Shown here in pieces: positions 7,815 to 17,110 of a stretch of 64,000 nt of DNA. The stretch lies in the IMG/VR virus record IMGVR_UViG_3300000929_000007; one strand, written 5' to 3'. The notes beneath the pieces were generated by a model. That model worked only from the letters and a program-made list of their open reading frames with translations, was not told where the DNA came from and ran no database searches. The position numbers and the translations under genes were made by a program. Every line of letters begins with the position of its first letter. Position 1 is the stretch's first letter. Source of the stretch: an uncultured virus (IMG/VR IMGVR_UViG_3300000929_000007) (lineage: Duplodnaviria; Heunggongvirae; Uroviricota; Caudoviricetes).

Positions 7815-7896
7815 GCAGTGCCCTAGAGGCAATCACATACATTGTTCATACGACCATTGTTTATATTTAAGTAATCCTAATACTAAAGGAAATATT

Positions 7897-8841
7897 ATGT
7901 CTTTCGCAAATCTAAAATCCAAATCTATGGATATCTCAAAGCTTGTTACCGCTGCTACCGAAGCATCCGGTCAGGCAACCAACACAAACAAATACCAAGA
8001 CGACCGCAAGTGGAAACCTACTGTTGATGAAGCAGGTAATGGTTACGCTATCATTCGTTTTCTACCCGCGATGGAAGGTCAAGACCTACCGTGGGTACGT
8101 TATTGGGATCATGCCTTTAAAGGCCCAACCGGTCAGTGGTACATCGAACGTTCATTGACTACACTAGGTCAGAACGACCCATTAGGTGAGTTAAACTCTC
8201 GTCTATGGAACTCTGGTATCGAAGAAGATAAAGAGACTGCCCGTCGTCAGAAGCGTCGTCTACACTACGTTACTAACATCCTAGTCGTTAATGATCCCGC
8301 AAACCCAGCCAACAATGGTAAGGTAATGATCTACGAGTTCGGTAAGAAAATCTTTGACAAGATCATGGATATGATGCAACCAGAATTTCCTGGCGAGACT
8401 CCGGTCAATCCATTCGATTTCTGGTCTGGTGCGAACTTCGAATTGAAGATTCGTAATGTCGCAGGATACCGCAACTATGATAAGTCAGATTTCAAATCTC
8501 CTACTGCTCTGTTTGAGGCAGACGAGACTAGGTTGGAATCCACCTATAACTCTTTGTATGACCTGAATGAGTTCCAAGTACCAAACTACCCGAACGCATT
8601 TGATGCGAACTGGTTCAAGTCTTATGATGATTTGAAGGCTAAGTTGGATACTGTCCTAGGAGTAGCAACTGGAAACGGTGCTACTCTGAAGAATGAAGCA
8701 CTTGCCCAATCGGCAGAAGCTGCTCCAATTCGTTCAGCGTCAGAACCAACGGTTGTATCAGCTCCTGCTGCCGAGGCGCCTGTCGCCGAATCGACTGATG
8801 ATACTCTGTCGTATTTCGCGAAGATGGCTGCTGAAGATTAA
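7897..8841 (+). CDS. gp32: single-stranded DNA-binding protein gp32
   Basis: DDRxWKP..D.AGNGYAIIRFLPA, WYIE.SLTTLG..DP, YRNYDKS, acidic C-tail. Confidence 0.97.
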   Translation: MSFANLKSKSMDISKLVTAATEASGQATNTNKYQDDRKWKPTVDEAGNGYAIIRFLPAMEGQDLPWVRYWDHAFKGPTGQWYIERSLTTLGQNDPLGELNSRLWNSGIEEDKETARRQKRRLHYVTNILVVNDPANPANNGKVMIYEFGKKIFDKIMDMMQPEFPGETPVNPFDFWSGANFELKIRNVAGYRNYDKSDFKSPTALFEADETRLESTYNSLYDLNEFQVPNYPNAFDANWFKSYDDLKAKLDTVLGVATGNGATLKNEALAQSAEAAPIRSASEPTVVSAPAAEAPVAESTDDTLSYFAKMAAED

Positions 8842-8859
8842 TCCAGATATTTGGATTCG

Positions 8860-8887
8860 GGGGGAACGAAAGTTCCCCCTTTTTTTT
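8860..8887 (+). terminator. intrinsic terminator between convergent genes
   Basis: GGGGGAAC-GAAA-GTTCCCCC followed by T-tract. Confidence 0.9.
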
Positions 8888-10592
8888 ATGCAGTTCTAGA
8901 ACCCATCATTGGGTCATAGAAGTCGAAACCAGTGGTTCCGCTGAAACTAACATCACCTGCCTGAGTGCTGACATTATTACTGACATTACTATTGTCTACC
9001 ACCACGATATTTTGTTGCGCCTGAGCGGCAAACATATCACTAGATGCTGTCGCAACCTTAACACCAGACTGAGGATACGGTGCTGACGTGACACTACTAC
9101 TAACCTGAGAAGGTTTGGCACCAGCACCTCGTCGTCTTTTATTTCCACCGGCTGCTGCCACAGGTTCTGAGGGTTCTGATGCTGAATCGTCTACACCTAA
9201 CATCCAATTGGCAAACTTTTCTCCCAATTCCTCTCCTGACCACGAACCAGCTAAAGCACCCAATACACCTCCAGTAAGAGTACCTATGCCGGGCATGCCT
9301 AAGGTTCCTATCAAACCACCAACTGCGCCACCAAGAGCTGCGCCACCTATGCTACCCAATTCTTTACTAAGCAATGCCGCTTTTTCTTTCGTAGATGTGG
9401 TCTCATCCATTAAAATATTTGCTATTATTCCACCACTTATTAAAGAACCCAATGCCGGAACTTTCTTTAAGAAGGATAATGCCTTACCAAACTTACCGTA
9501 TTTCGCTGCCGCTTTACCATTAAGTTCATCTATAAAGTTTTTAGCACTGAGACTTTGGGTTGACGTTTTGATTTCATTCTTAGCAAATAATTCATCTACC
9601 TTATCAGCACTTACAAATTCACCACCGACCTTAGAGATACTACCGGTAGTTTTATCTACCTTGAGTCCATCTAGCTCCAAAGCTTTAATTTCCTTGTCAC
9701 TCAAACCCTTAGCAGTTTCAGAATTAAATTGTTGACGTTGACTTTTAGAGAACTCCATTTCTGATACTGGTGAAGTAACTTTTTTTGCCTTGATTGCTGC
9801 CTGCCGAGCATTTTGCGCAGCTCTTCGACCTGCTCTAGTAAGTTTCTCCTTATTCTTGTTAGCGTCCATACCTCCTTTAACACCAAGAGCCAATACTGCC
9901 GCTTCGTCGACCTTGTCTAAAGCAGCGGGCACGTCTCCCTCGATTGCTGAATTAATAAAACTTAAAGTCCCTACCACGGTTTCAGTCACTTTAGAAAGTG
10001 CGTCGTTCAATGAAGGTAGAGCACCTGTGAATTTCATCAAAGGCTCTTTCAGTCCTGCTGCCTTGTCTCCCAACTTTTCAAGTTCTGATATAACTTCGGG
10101 AGTAGCAAGGGCTCCACCTACCGCACCCAGTAAAGCAAAACGCGTACCCAAAAGAAGACCGAATGACCCCAGTTTTGTTGCTCGATGCGCGGCATCAGCG
10201 AGGTCACTTGAACCAGTCTGTTCTTGAACATAACTAGCAATATTGTCGGCACCCGCAGCCAAACCACCTGCCAGGGCAGCTCTACCTAATAAACTTGTTG
10301 CCCCACCTGCCAACGTACCCGCACCAAATCCACCTAGAACACCACCAAAACCCGAAAATCTACCACCGCCACCACCTTTTTTACTACCACCACCACCGGC
10401 AGTACTGGTTGTTCGGGAGGCAGCACTCGCTGCTCTTTTAGCATCATCATCTGCTTCACGGCGACGAAGTTCGTCCTTCCGGTCACTCAGAATCATTGTC
10501 GCTAAAGAACTGTTCATACTCGTAAGGTTAGTGTTAACACTATCCAGAGTATTATTCTGTGATTTTAGGTGCTCTATTAATGTTTCAATCAT
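8886..10592 (-). CDS. probable baseplate hub / tape-measure protein (gp29-like)
   Basis: 568 aa; N-terminal coiled coil, Gly-zipper hydrophobic segments, NIVVVDNSNVSN C-terminal motif; follows gp26/gp51. Confidence 0.55.
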   Translation of the reverse strand: MIETLIEHLKSQNNTLDSVNTNLTSMNSSLATMILSDRKDELRRREADDDAKRAASAASRTTSTAGGGGSKKGGGGGRFSGFGGVLGGFGAGTLAGGATSLLGRAALAGGLAAGADNIASYVQEQTGSSDLADAAHRATKLGSFGLLLGTRFALLGAVGGALATPEVISELEKLGDKAAGLKEPLMKFTGALPSLNDALSKVTETVVGTLSFINSAIEGDVPAALDKVDEAAVLALGVKGGMDANKNKEKLTRAGRRAAQNARQAAIKAKKVTSPVSEMEFSKSQRQQFNSETAKGLSDKEIKALELDGLKVDKTTGSISKVGGEFVSADKVDELFAKNEIKTSTQSLSAKNFIDELNGKAAAKYGKFGKALSFLKKVPALGSLISGGIIANILMDETTSTKEKAALLSKELGSIGGAALGGAVGGLIGTLGMPGIGTLTGGVLGALAGSWSGEELGEKFANWMLGVDDSASEPSEPVAAAGGNKRRRGAGAKPSQVSSSVTSAPYPQSGVKVATASSDMFAAQAQQNIVVVDNSNVSNNVSTQAGDVSFSGTTGFDFYDPMMGSRTA

Positions 10593-10595
10593 GGG

Positions 10596-10778
10596 TTATC
10601 CCTGCTGTTGTGCTCTTTCTCTTTTTTCTTTTAGGTCGTCAATCAACATGGTCAAATAAATCTCTCTCTCCCAAGGCAACATTTCTTCAACATCACTCAA
10701 TGAGTAGTTGAAGTTGTTTAACAGTTGGAAGTTAACTTGGTAGTAATTTACCAACGTGTCATGAGAGAGATTAATCAA
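10596..10778 (-). CDS. gp51: baseplate hub assembly protein (gp51-like, short form)
   Basis: LVNYYQVNFQL...YSLSDVEEMLPWEREIY motif directly after gp26. Confidence 0.75.
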   Translation of the reverse strand: MINLSHDTLVNYYQVNFQLLNNFNYSLSDVEEMLPWEREIYLTMLIDDLKEKRERAQQQG

Positions 10779-11482
10779 AAAAAATCATCTATGCCTTCTA
10801 GAACTTTAGAGTTCTCTGTATTACACTGCGCACACGTAAATTTAACTTCTTCTTTAAGTGTGGGCATATCATTTACAAATGTCGAAATTGTCTCGAACTG
10901 TTGTGTTGTCATTGAGTCTATAAAATCAATTAGTTCTTCTCTAGTCGAATCTTTGGTCGAGTATCGTTCTTCTTCGGTACATATAGTCGCTATACATGTG
11001 ATAAGCAACTCTAGTAGAGATTCTGTAGCACTCGTACCATGTAGAAGTTTCTCATTTTTCATAAAGTCTTCGTATGTCGGGTATCTCATTTCAAGAACAA
11101 TGTCGTCAGTGATATTGATTTTAACATCGGTGGCCACTCCCTCAACTTCTATCTTATCGAGTTCAACCACAACTTCGTTATTCATTTCACATTCGGTACA
11201 TGAAATTAATAATGTACTTGTCTCACCTACGGATTTTGACCGAATCTTAGTGAATAGGTAGTCTACATCAAAGGTAGTTAGTTCTCCCTTGATGTCTTCT
11301 GTAGTACACGCATTGATAGTGTTGATGATTGATTTAACCATATCCACTCTATCTTGCGTCTCAGATGCGATCAGCAACATCTTCTGTTCCTTTACTAGGA
11401 AAGGTCGGTAACTAACTTCCTGACCTGTAGATGGTACGGTAACGCGATATTTTGGTGTGTCATTCAGTTTTGGTAATGCCAT
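10775..11482 (-). CDS. gp26: baseplate hub assembly chaperone gp26
   Basis: MALPKL..P.Y...PSTG..V.YRPFLVKEQKMLL, IRSKSVGE, two CxxC pairs. Confidence 0.9.
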   Translation of the reverse strand: MALPKLNDTPKYRVTVPSTGQEVSYRPFLVKEQKMLLIASETQDRVDMVKSIINTINACTTEDIKGELTTFDVDYLFTKIRSKSVGETSTLLISCTECEMNNEVVVELDKIEVEGVATDVKINITDDIVLEMRYPTYEDFMKNEKLLHGTSATESLLELLITCIATICTEEERYSTKDSTREELIDFIDSMTTQQFETISTFVNDMPTLKEEVKFTCAQCNTENSKVLEGIDDFF

Positions 11483-11497
11483 TATAAATCCTATAAT

Positions 11498-12208
11498 TTA
11501 AATTAAGCCGCCGAAATTAAGATTGATGTCAGCAGAGAATAACCCTACTTTGTCAGCCTTAAAGGGCTCCCAGTTGGTGTATGAAAATGTAACAGTTACT
11601 TCTACTAATCCGTCGAGGTCATCACTCAATTGAATAGTTGATACGTTTGTCGGGAAAGCGTCTATCAGTTTAACACTGTACACGGTACCTCCCAGTAGGT
11701 CTAGATTAATATCTAAAGGCCCTAGGTCGAACCCCACACGAACCTGTGGTTTTTTTAATTGATGTATTATAATGTCCGCAACGTAATCGTCCTTCCACCC
11801 GATGGCACCCCTCGATAAAGGTTTTGGTGCTGGTGGTTTAGCTTCTTCGCCTTCTGCGGGAGGTTTAGGTTCTTTGGGGGGAGTGGGTGTCATATGCCCT
11901 ACCATTGCTCCCAACCATTTATCAAAATATTTACGAACACTATAATCGTTCAGAAGATGGAAGGTCAACGTAACATCTTCTACGAGGAATCCATTGGCAA
12001 TCTTTTCACTATACAGACCAATTTGTCTATCTAGTGTAGTAATTTGTCTGCCAGGCAACGTTGCGCTTTTACACAATATGTTATTATTCTTAGCGCCACT
12101 TAATTTGGTGATACCTACTTTTGATGGTAGTACCACACCAAACTGGTTAGCAGACGCTAGTCCGCCTCGACTAATAAGTCTACTCTTTAAATCTTCTATT
12201 GATGCCAT
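11498..12208 (-). CDS. gp54: tail tube initiator / gp19-family protein (gp54-like)
   Basis: GGLA..NQF.V, LCKSATLPGRQI, L.DAFP...S.IQLS, VTFSYTNW. Confidence 0.7.
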   Translation of the reverse strand: MASIEDLKSRLISRGGLASANQFGVVLPSKVGITKLSGAKNNNILCKSATLPGRQITTLDRQIGLYSEKIANGFLVEDVTLTFHLLNDYSVRKYFDKWLGAMVGHMTPTPPKEPKPPAEGEEAKPPAPKPLSRGAIGWKDDYVADIIIHQLKKPQVRVGFDLGPLDINLDLLGGTVYSVKLIDAFPTNVSTIQLSDDLDGLVEVTVTFSYTNWEPFKADKVGLFSADINLNFGGLI

Positions 12209-12211
12209 TGG

Positions 12212-12802
12212 TTATCCACCTATCATTTTCTTAGAGTCTGCGTAGACTTTCTTAGAGTTCGCCTTACGGAATTGTGCTGTCGGAAGGAATGTAGCAATCT
12301 CCCACTCTGGAGCAGGAACCAATGCGAACTTACTTTTTACCTGTTTATTCAAATAATGTTTGAGACAGGGTTTGTAGTACTTAAATTTCGATGCTCGCGC
12401 AAGTAACTCATATGTCATCTTGAATCGCGTAGAATCGTTAAACTTATTGTTAGTAGTAATCTCCATCAACCCGTCCAACATCTTAGCACGTAAGATAGGA
12501 GGTAGGTAATGAAGGTTCAATCCTAGGAATCCGCCTTCTGCGGGCCCGACAACGACCACTAAAGGAAACGTATCGTAATACGGTAATGTCTCTTTGTGCT
12601 TCGGATCGTAGAAGAACATATACATGCTACCGACAATTTCGGTACTCACTTGCTTTAAAGGTTCTTCTTTCATCAATGCTTCACGATTGATGCTACGTAG
12701 ATTCTTAATCTTTTGTTGGAACCATGCTCGCGACTCCTTTGTGCGAGGAGTAATACCCGCACGGAATGCTTGTAGTTCTAGTCTGTTAAATACTGTAGAC
12801 AT
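12212..12802 (-). CDS. gp2: DNA end protector protein gp2
   Basis: MYMFFYDPKHKETLPYYDTFPLV, GFLGLNLHYLPP. Confidence 0.92.
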   Translation of the reverse strand: MSTVFNRLELQAFRAGITPRTKESRAWFQQKIKNLRSINREALMKEEPLKQVSTEIVGSMYMFFYDPKHKETLPYYDTFPLVVVVGPAEGGFLGLNLHYLPPILRAKMLDGLMEITTNNKFNDSTRFKMTYELLARASKFKYYKPCLKHYLNKQVKSKFALVPAPEWEIATFLPTAQFRKANSKKVYADSKKMIGG

Positions 12803-12831
12803 AAAGTTCCTGAGTTAAAATCTATTCCTAC

Positions 12832-12839
12832 TATTTATA
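12832..12839 (-). promoter_or_regulatory. T4-type late promoter (minus strand)
   Basis: TATTTATA on + strand = TATAAATA, 30 nt upstream of gp2. Confidence 0.75.
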
Positions 12840-12845
12840 CAGGAA

Positions 12846-13358
12846 CTATTTCTTTTTCTTACGGAAGGGCGCAAGTTTTTTCAGGGGTTTCTTGGTACGC
12901 ATCTTTTGAGTGGACTTGGGCATGACACCCATTGCGGTCAATTCTTTCTCAGTCCATATCTCGAAGTGATATCCACGGTCATCAGCATACGCCTTAGCGG
13001 CCTTCCACTTCGACTGGTTCTTGATGTATGTCATTCCTTCGGTCAATATAGTACGTCTAGTCTTACCTTGTTTACGTACGGGTAACAGGGTCTCTTTATG
13101 AGGTTTGACTTCCACAATAACCACTCGTCCAGACTTGTACTTAATAACAAAGTCGGTGAAGTATCGGTGAGGTCTTCCATCGGTTTCGCATATGTACGGT
13201 ATAACAAGTTCTTCGGACATCCACTGTACGATGTCTATACTTTCGTCGCACCATTTCATAACATGTCGTTCCCAACCTGAACGATAGACGACATTATCCA
13301 CATCACCAGCGTACTTTTCTGGGTTTTTCGGTTGGTATCTGCCTTTGTATGTTTTCAT
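12846..13358 (-). CDS. gp4: head completion nuclease gp4
   Basis: YKGRYQPKNPEKYAGD..VVYRSGWE, W.SEE..IPY, HRYFTDF, VEVKP. Confidence 0.92.
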   Translation of the reverse strand: MKTYKGRYQPKNPEKYAGDVDNVVYRSGWERHVMKWCDESIDIVQWMSEELVIPYICETDGRPHRYFTDFVIKYKSGRVVIVEVKPHKETLLPVRKQGKTRRTILTEGMTYIKNQSKWKAAKAYADDRGYHFEIWTEKELTAMGVMPKSTQKMRTKKPLKKLAPFRKKKK

Positions 13359-13371
13359 TAGTAACTTTATG

Positions 13372-13395
13372 TATAAATAGTAAAAAGTATTTATA
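13372..13395. promoter_or_regulatory. pair of oppositely oriented T4 late promoters
   Basis: TATAAATA at 13372-79 (+, for gp48) and TATTTATA at 13388-95 (-, for gp4). Confidence 0.75.
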
Positions 13396-13411
13396 ACCGA
13401 GAGTTATTCCG

Positions 13412-14449
13412 ATGGCAGAAACAGAACCTACCGACACTACAGACAACACAGCCAAGTCAAAAAAGATACTGCAGTATCCTCTAGATACTACAAATTCTCG
13501 GTCTAAGGTATTATTTCACATAAAAGAAATTAAACCACCGACCATTAAAGGTATTGACTTTGGTGCGTTGTTCGAAAGTATGTTTGCTCTTAACCGACCA
13601 AGCGAAGACGAAGGTGACGGTAAACCAAAAAATGAAGAGGAAGCGGAAGCAGTGAAAGCTGCCGAATCCGGTGCCGGTACAGAGTCAAAAGAAGTAGTAG
13701 CGAGAAGCATCGAATACACGGGTGACGTGGTAGCGCTATACTTACCAGTCTCTCTAGTGATCACAGATAACTTTGGATATGACACACCTAGTTTGGGTAC
13801 TGCTGGTGCTGCCGGTTTTCAAGCGTTGTCGTCAGGTAGTGGCGCGATGGGCGCGTTGGCGCAATCTATTACTAGTGGAAAACAATCTATCACAGATATG
13901 GTCAATAGCGCAAAGACTCCCGCATTAGCAAGACTTGCTCTTGCGCGTGGGGCGCAGAAAATCAATGAAACCGCAGGATCAGCAGTTAGTATTGCTGGAG
14001 CGGTATCTGTTAATCCAAACATACGGACTCAGTTCAGAAACGTAGGAATACGTGAGTTTCAGTTTCAGTTTAAGTTTATTCCTAAGAGTAAGAAAGAGGC
14101 TGACGAAATTAAAAATATTATTCATATCTTTAGGAAATCCGCATACCCTGAGATGATTGGTGGTGTGGGAGATGGTATAAGTGCGGGTTATAAGTATCCT
14201 ATGGTATTCGATGTATCGAGTTGGTTTATGCCAGACATCGAGGGTGCGGCTCCAGTACGAGTCGGAACTAAATTACGCAATACCTTCATACGCAGTATCA
14301 GTGTAAATTATAATGCGGGTTCAATGGCATTCCATGAAGACGGAACTCCTGCTGAAATTGACTTGTCGTTTACAATGGTAGAGGACAGAACATTAAGTCG
14401 CGAAGATATTGAAGAAAGCACAGACGAAAGTGGAGATGGTGGTTACTAA
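13412..14449 (+). CDS. gp48: baseplate tail-tube cap gp48
   Basis: LQYP, ALYLP, NPN....F..V..R.F.F.FKFIPKS..EA..I..II..F. Confidence 0.8.
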   Translation: MAETEPTDTTDNTAKSKKILQYPLDTTNSRSKVLFHIKEIKPPTIKGIDFGALFESMFALNRPSEDEGDGKPKNEEEAEAVKAAESGAGTESKEVVARSIEYTGDVVALYLPVSLVITDNFGYDTPSLGTAGAAGFQALSSGSGAMGALAQSITSGKQSITDMVNSAKTPALARLALARGAQKINETAGSAVSIAGAVSVNPNIRTQFRNVGIREFQFQFKFIPKSKKEADEIKNIIHIFRKSAYPEMIGGVGDGISAGYKYPMVFDVSSWFMPDIEGAAPVRVGTKLRNTFIRSISVNYNAGSMAFHEDGTPAEIDLSFTMVEDRTLSREDIEESTDESGDGGY

Positions 14450-15174
14450 TGGCATACTTTAAATACTTCCCTAAAATATTCTATAGATTCGGCGATACCG
14501 CTGATCGCTCCATTGCGCAAAATCTTACTGCGTACGCTGATATTTTGGATAACGTTAAGGATGCTACCTCATTCTATACTGACTACTACATTGCTGATGG
14601 CGAACGTCCTGATCATGTAGCATATAAGTTGTACGGCGATGCTAATTTACACTGGACATTCTATTTCATGAACGATGAGATTCGCGAACGTGGATGGCCA
14701 TTACCGTATGCTCAGGTACAAGCGAAAGTGGAGAAAGAACATCCTTACATTGTGTTAAACACGAGTGAGGATATTGTAAACAAGTTCTTGACCCACCAAA
14801 CCATCCAAGGAGCGAACGGTACTGCTGAAGTTCTACATCGACATGTTCGGCTCGGGCAAGTTGTAGTGAAGATGGTATCGGGTTCCTTTTCTAACGGTGA
14901 ACAATTAGATTCTACCAATAACGAAGGTGTTTTGGAAACATTGCTTGTGAACACAGTTGAACCCGAACACAAGTCCGCTCGTTTTTATACTGATATTGAA
15001 GGTAATATTATAGACATCGACCCATACCTCGGGCCCGGAGTTAATGATATAGAAGTGACTCACGAAGAGCACTATCACCAACAGAATGAATCATTAAAAC
15101 AAATACGCGTACTTCGCAAAGGTAATATAAATTCTGTTGTGCGAGCCATTCAAGACTCTATGGGTAAGTTATGA
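14449..15174 (+). CDS. gp53: baseplate wedge subunit gp53
   Basis: YFKYFPKI.Y, Y.I.DGERPD.VAYKLYGD..LHW, WP. Confidence 0.88.
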   Translation: MAYFKYFPKIFYRFGDTADRSIAQNLTAYADILDNVKDATSFYTDYYIADGERPDHVAYKLYGDANLHWTFYFMNDEIRERGWPLPYAQVQAKVEKEHPYIVLNTSEDIVNKFLTHQTIQGANGTAEVLHRHVRLGQVVVKMVSGSFSNGEQLDSTNNEGVLETLLVNTVEPEHKSARFYTDIEGNIIDIDPYLGPGVNDIEVTHEEHYHQQNESLKQIRVLRKGNINSVVRAIQDSMGKL

Positions 15175-16502
15175 CAGCAATTAGTGAACTCGAACATAAA
15201 ACACCTTTTGAATTTAAAAAAGTTCTCATCGAAAGTACTCATTTCACTTCACACAAAAAAGTGGATATCCGAAATGCGGTGACTGACCTTGACGTGTTCG
15301 AGCATTTAGATAAACCTTACCTCACCGGCACACTATCCTTCATTGATAGCGGAGATGTTATAACAAGTGGTTATTTACAGGGTGGTGAGAAAGTTCATGT
15401 AGAACTGATAGTGACTGATGATCTTGATGCTAAAGTTATCGCCAAAACGTTTTATATAACGCAAGTTTTGTTTTCGCAGAAAGGTCATGATACGGTAGAA
15501 AATGTTGTAGTTCATCTCATAGAAGATATCGCTTACGAGTCTAATATGATTAATGTTAACCGTCAGTATTCCGGAAAACCGTCTAAAATTATTGGGTCTA
15601 TCAGTGACTTGATTAATAAGAAAGTATCTTCGACTGACACTGATAAACAAGAGATGCGGGTGATTGTACCTAACTTAACACCGATGGAATCAATCTCTTG
15701 GATAAAAAATAATTCTAGTACTAAGGAAGGATATCCTTTCTACCTATACTCTTCTCTTATCGGAGATGAGTTGATCTTCAGTGACCTCAAAACACTGATG
15801 GAACAAGATGTTATTAATCCGGACGTACCATTCGCCCATATACAAGCGAACATACCTCAAGGTAATGACAATGAGTCTAAAATCAGACGACGTACTATAC
15901 TAGGGTATCAGTTCAAAAATACTGATAACTTATTTAAAATGATTTCCGAAGGTATCGTGGGTGGTGAATATAGTTTTCTGGATATAACTAAAAACGAAAG
16001 AGTCTCGGGTATATTTGATATTGATAAGGACTTTACACAGAAAATAAAAAATGACAAGCTCATATCTAATACTTCGGATGCGCTAGATTATTTCAGAAAA
16101 TCGGAACTCAATACGAAAAAGAGTCGCAAGATTACTCAGATTGGTAGTACGGATGCGTATGAAGGGTTTAATTCACTATCACAAAGTGATGACTTTGCTA
16201 ACTATAAACTAAGTGTTATTAATAAGAGCATGGATCATGTTTTGAAAAAGAGTCCTCTTACTATTAGTGTTAATTTCATTGAGTTTATGAAAGGGAGACG
16301 TAATAATAGTATAGGTAAAAAAATCAGACTCAGATTTCTTGCTAATATAAACACCGAAGATGGTAATGATACCACCTCAATTGATATGAAGAAGTCTGGT
16401 GACTTTCTCATCTTCGGGGTTAAACATGCGTTCCGAGCTGAAAATTATGTAGCGACACTCACTTGTGTGAAGTTGTCGGATGAAAAGGTGACCAATCAAT
16501 GA
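15171..16502 (+). CDS. probable baseplate hub protein (gp27-like)
   Basis: Between gp53 and gp5; VFE.LDKPYLTG, G.EKV, SG.FLI..VKH.F motifs. Confidence 0.6.
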   Translation: MTAISELEHKTPFEFKKVLIESTHFTSHKKVDIRNAVTDLDVFEHLDKPYLTGTLSFIDSGDVITSGYLQGGEKVHVELIVTDDLDAKVIAKTFYITQVLFSQKGHDTVENVVVHLIEDIAYESNMINVNRQYSGKPSKIIGSISDLINKKVSSTDTDKQEMRVIVPNLTPMESISWIKNNSSTKEGYPFYLYSSLIGDELIFSDLKTLMEQDVINPDVPFAHIQANIPQGNDNESKIRRRTILGYQFKNTDNLFKMISEGIVGGEYSFLDITKNERVSGIFDIDKDFTQKIKNDKLISNTSDALDYFRKSELNTKKSRKITQIGSTDAYEGFNSLSQSDDFANYKLSVINKSMDHVLKKSPLTISVNFIEFMKGRRNNSIGKKIRLRFLANINTEDGNDTTSIDMKKSGDFLIFGVKHAFRAENYVATLTCVKLSDEKVTNQ

Positions 16503-17104
16503 TACCGCAGAATTCAATAGATTTTTATGGCGACCAGACTAGATGGTTTATGGGTGAGGTTGTCAATGTAAAGGACGACCCAGAGAAATTGGGTAGAGTC
16601 AGGGTTAGGGTTTTCGGTGTATATGATGAAATTCCTGACGAAGACCTGCCTTGGGCCCAGATAGTTGTACCTGTCACTACGGGTATCCATAAGGGACAGG
16701 GTCAGAACCTAGGTATCCTAAAGGGTACACAAGTGTTCGGTATGTTCCTTGACGGGAAGAACTCTCAGTTGCCTATGGTGATTGGCACTGTACCCAAAAC
16801 AGGGGATACGAACGAGAAGGCAAAGGAGAACTACCCTCTCAATAAGGTATACGAGACAGAGACCGGACATTATAAAGAGTATGATGATACGCCTGGCGCT
16901 GAACGTATCAAAGAAAAGCATAAAGGGGGTGCGTACTATGAAATGGATAAGGATGGTAATATCTCCATATATGTACCCGCAAATGGGGATAAACCAGTCT
17001 CTATAAATTTAACTGTGGGTGGAAGTCACGGTAAGGTTTCGGTGTCTGCTAATACAGTAAACATTAATGGTAGCGAATTTATAACACTAAACTCGGGCGG
17101 ATAA
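16499..17104 (+). CDS. gp5: baseplate central spike gp5, short form (OB-fold, no lysozyme domain)
   Basis: WFMGEVVNVKDDPEKLGRVRVRVFG, LPWA, VFGMFLDG..QLP.VIG, YP.NKVYETETGH..EYDDTPGAERI. Confidence 0.88.
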   Translation: MIPQNSIDFYGDQTRWFMGEVVNVKDDPEKLGRVRVRVFGVYDEIPDEDLPWAQIVVPVTTGIHKGQGQNLGILKGTQVFGMFLDGKNSQLPMVIGTVPKTGDTNEKAKENYPLNKVYETETGHYKEYDDTPGAERIKEKHKGGAYYEMDKDGNISIYVPANGDKPVSINLTVGGSHGKVSVSANTVNINGSEFITLNSGG

Positions 17105-17110
17105 TGTCTA

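Noticed and set aside
11810..11895. Pro/Lys/Glu-rich insert in gp54-like protein
   Set aside because: Short in-frame low-complexity loop; no evidence of a separate element
12846..13358. TnsA-like endonuclease suggesting a transposon
   Set aside because: Motifs and position next to gp2 identify it as T4 gp4, a core gene with the same fold
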